From the IMG/VR virus record IMGVR_UViG_2713896778_000030: a stretch of 4,253 nt of DNA; one strand, written 5' to 3'. The translations under genes and the position numbers were made by a program. Below the pieces are notes generated by a model. That model ran no database searches, was not told the DNA's origin, and saw only the letters and a list, made by a program, of their open reading frames with translations. Below, piece after piece: positions 4,123 to 4,253 of the stretch. The stretch comes from a virus (taxonomy: Duplodnaviria > Heunggongvirae > Uroviricota > Caudoviricetes). Within the stretch, counting starts at the first letter, position 1, and every line of letters starts with the position of its first letter.

Positions 4123-4253
4123 ATGGCAACTTTGACAAAAAAAGAACGGGCATGGTTGAACGAATTACAGGAAGTTCTTGATCGCTGTCCATCACCGAAA
4201 AAAATTGGCTTTTACACCATTGGCGATAAAAGCATTTACCTGTATGACCTACG
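4123..4253 (+). CDS. Hypothetical protein, 5' fragment (continues beyond the window)
   Basis: ATG 4123 with AGGA (4111-4114) 8 nt upstream; open to the window end. Encodes MATLTKKERAWLNELQEVLDRCPSPKKIGFYTIGDKSIYLYDL, which has normal globular-protein composition. Not recognised. Confidence 0.4.
   Translation, partial: MATLTKKERAWLNELQEVLDRCPSPKKIGFYTIGDKSIYLYDL

Noticed and set aside
3917-4195. Minus-strand 92-aa ORF
   Set aside because: It opens at a GTG, overlaps the Shine-Dalgarno and start of the plus-strand gene at 4123, and its product is low-complexity and Ile/Asn/Leu-rich as expected from AT-rich antisense DNA. The surrounding early genes are all plus-strand. Not fully excluded.

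Overview
This window looks like the immunity and early-replication region of a lambdoid (Rac/CP-933-like) enterobacterial prophage. It contains two 50-nt N runs (1811-1860, 3225-3274). All calls are from reading the sequence and from recalled family knowledge; no searches were run. Minus strand, 1311 down to 448: a three-gene operon of an HTH repressor (PaaR-like), a 63-aa antitoxin (PaaA-like) and a ParE-family toxin, sitting where lambda carries cI-rexA-rexB. The repressor is divergent from a Cro/YdaS-like gene across a 97-bp control region with 18-bp palindromic operator candidates and back-to-back promoters. A further copy of the operator with a leftward promoter lies left of the toxin (OL/PL-like). 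Plus strand, 1409 onward: Cro/YdaS-like HTH protein, a YdaT-family (CII-like) regulator split by the first N run, an O-like replication initiator with iteron-like repeats inside its coding sequence, a Ren-like gene whose 5' end is lost in the second N run, then an AT-rich stretch with a small acidic protein, a small membrane-protein ORF broken at an A6 tract, and a partial gene running off the window. The leftmost ~330 bp has no convincing ORF. The most interesting signals are the toxin-antitoxin module co-transcribed with the putative prophage repressor, the operator/promoter architecture, and the AT-rich small-gene cluster at the right end.
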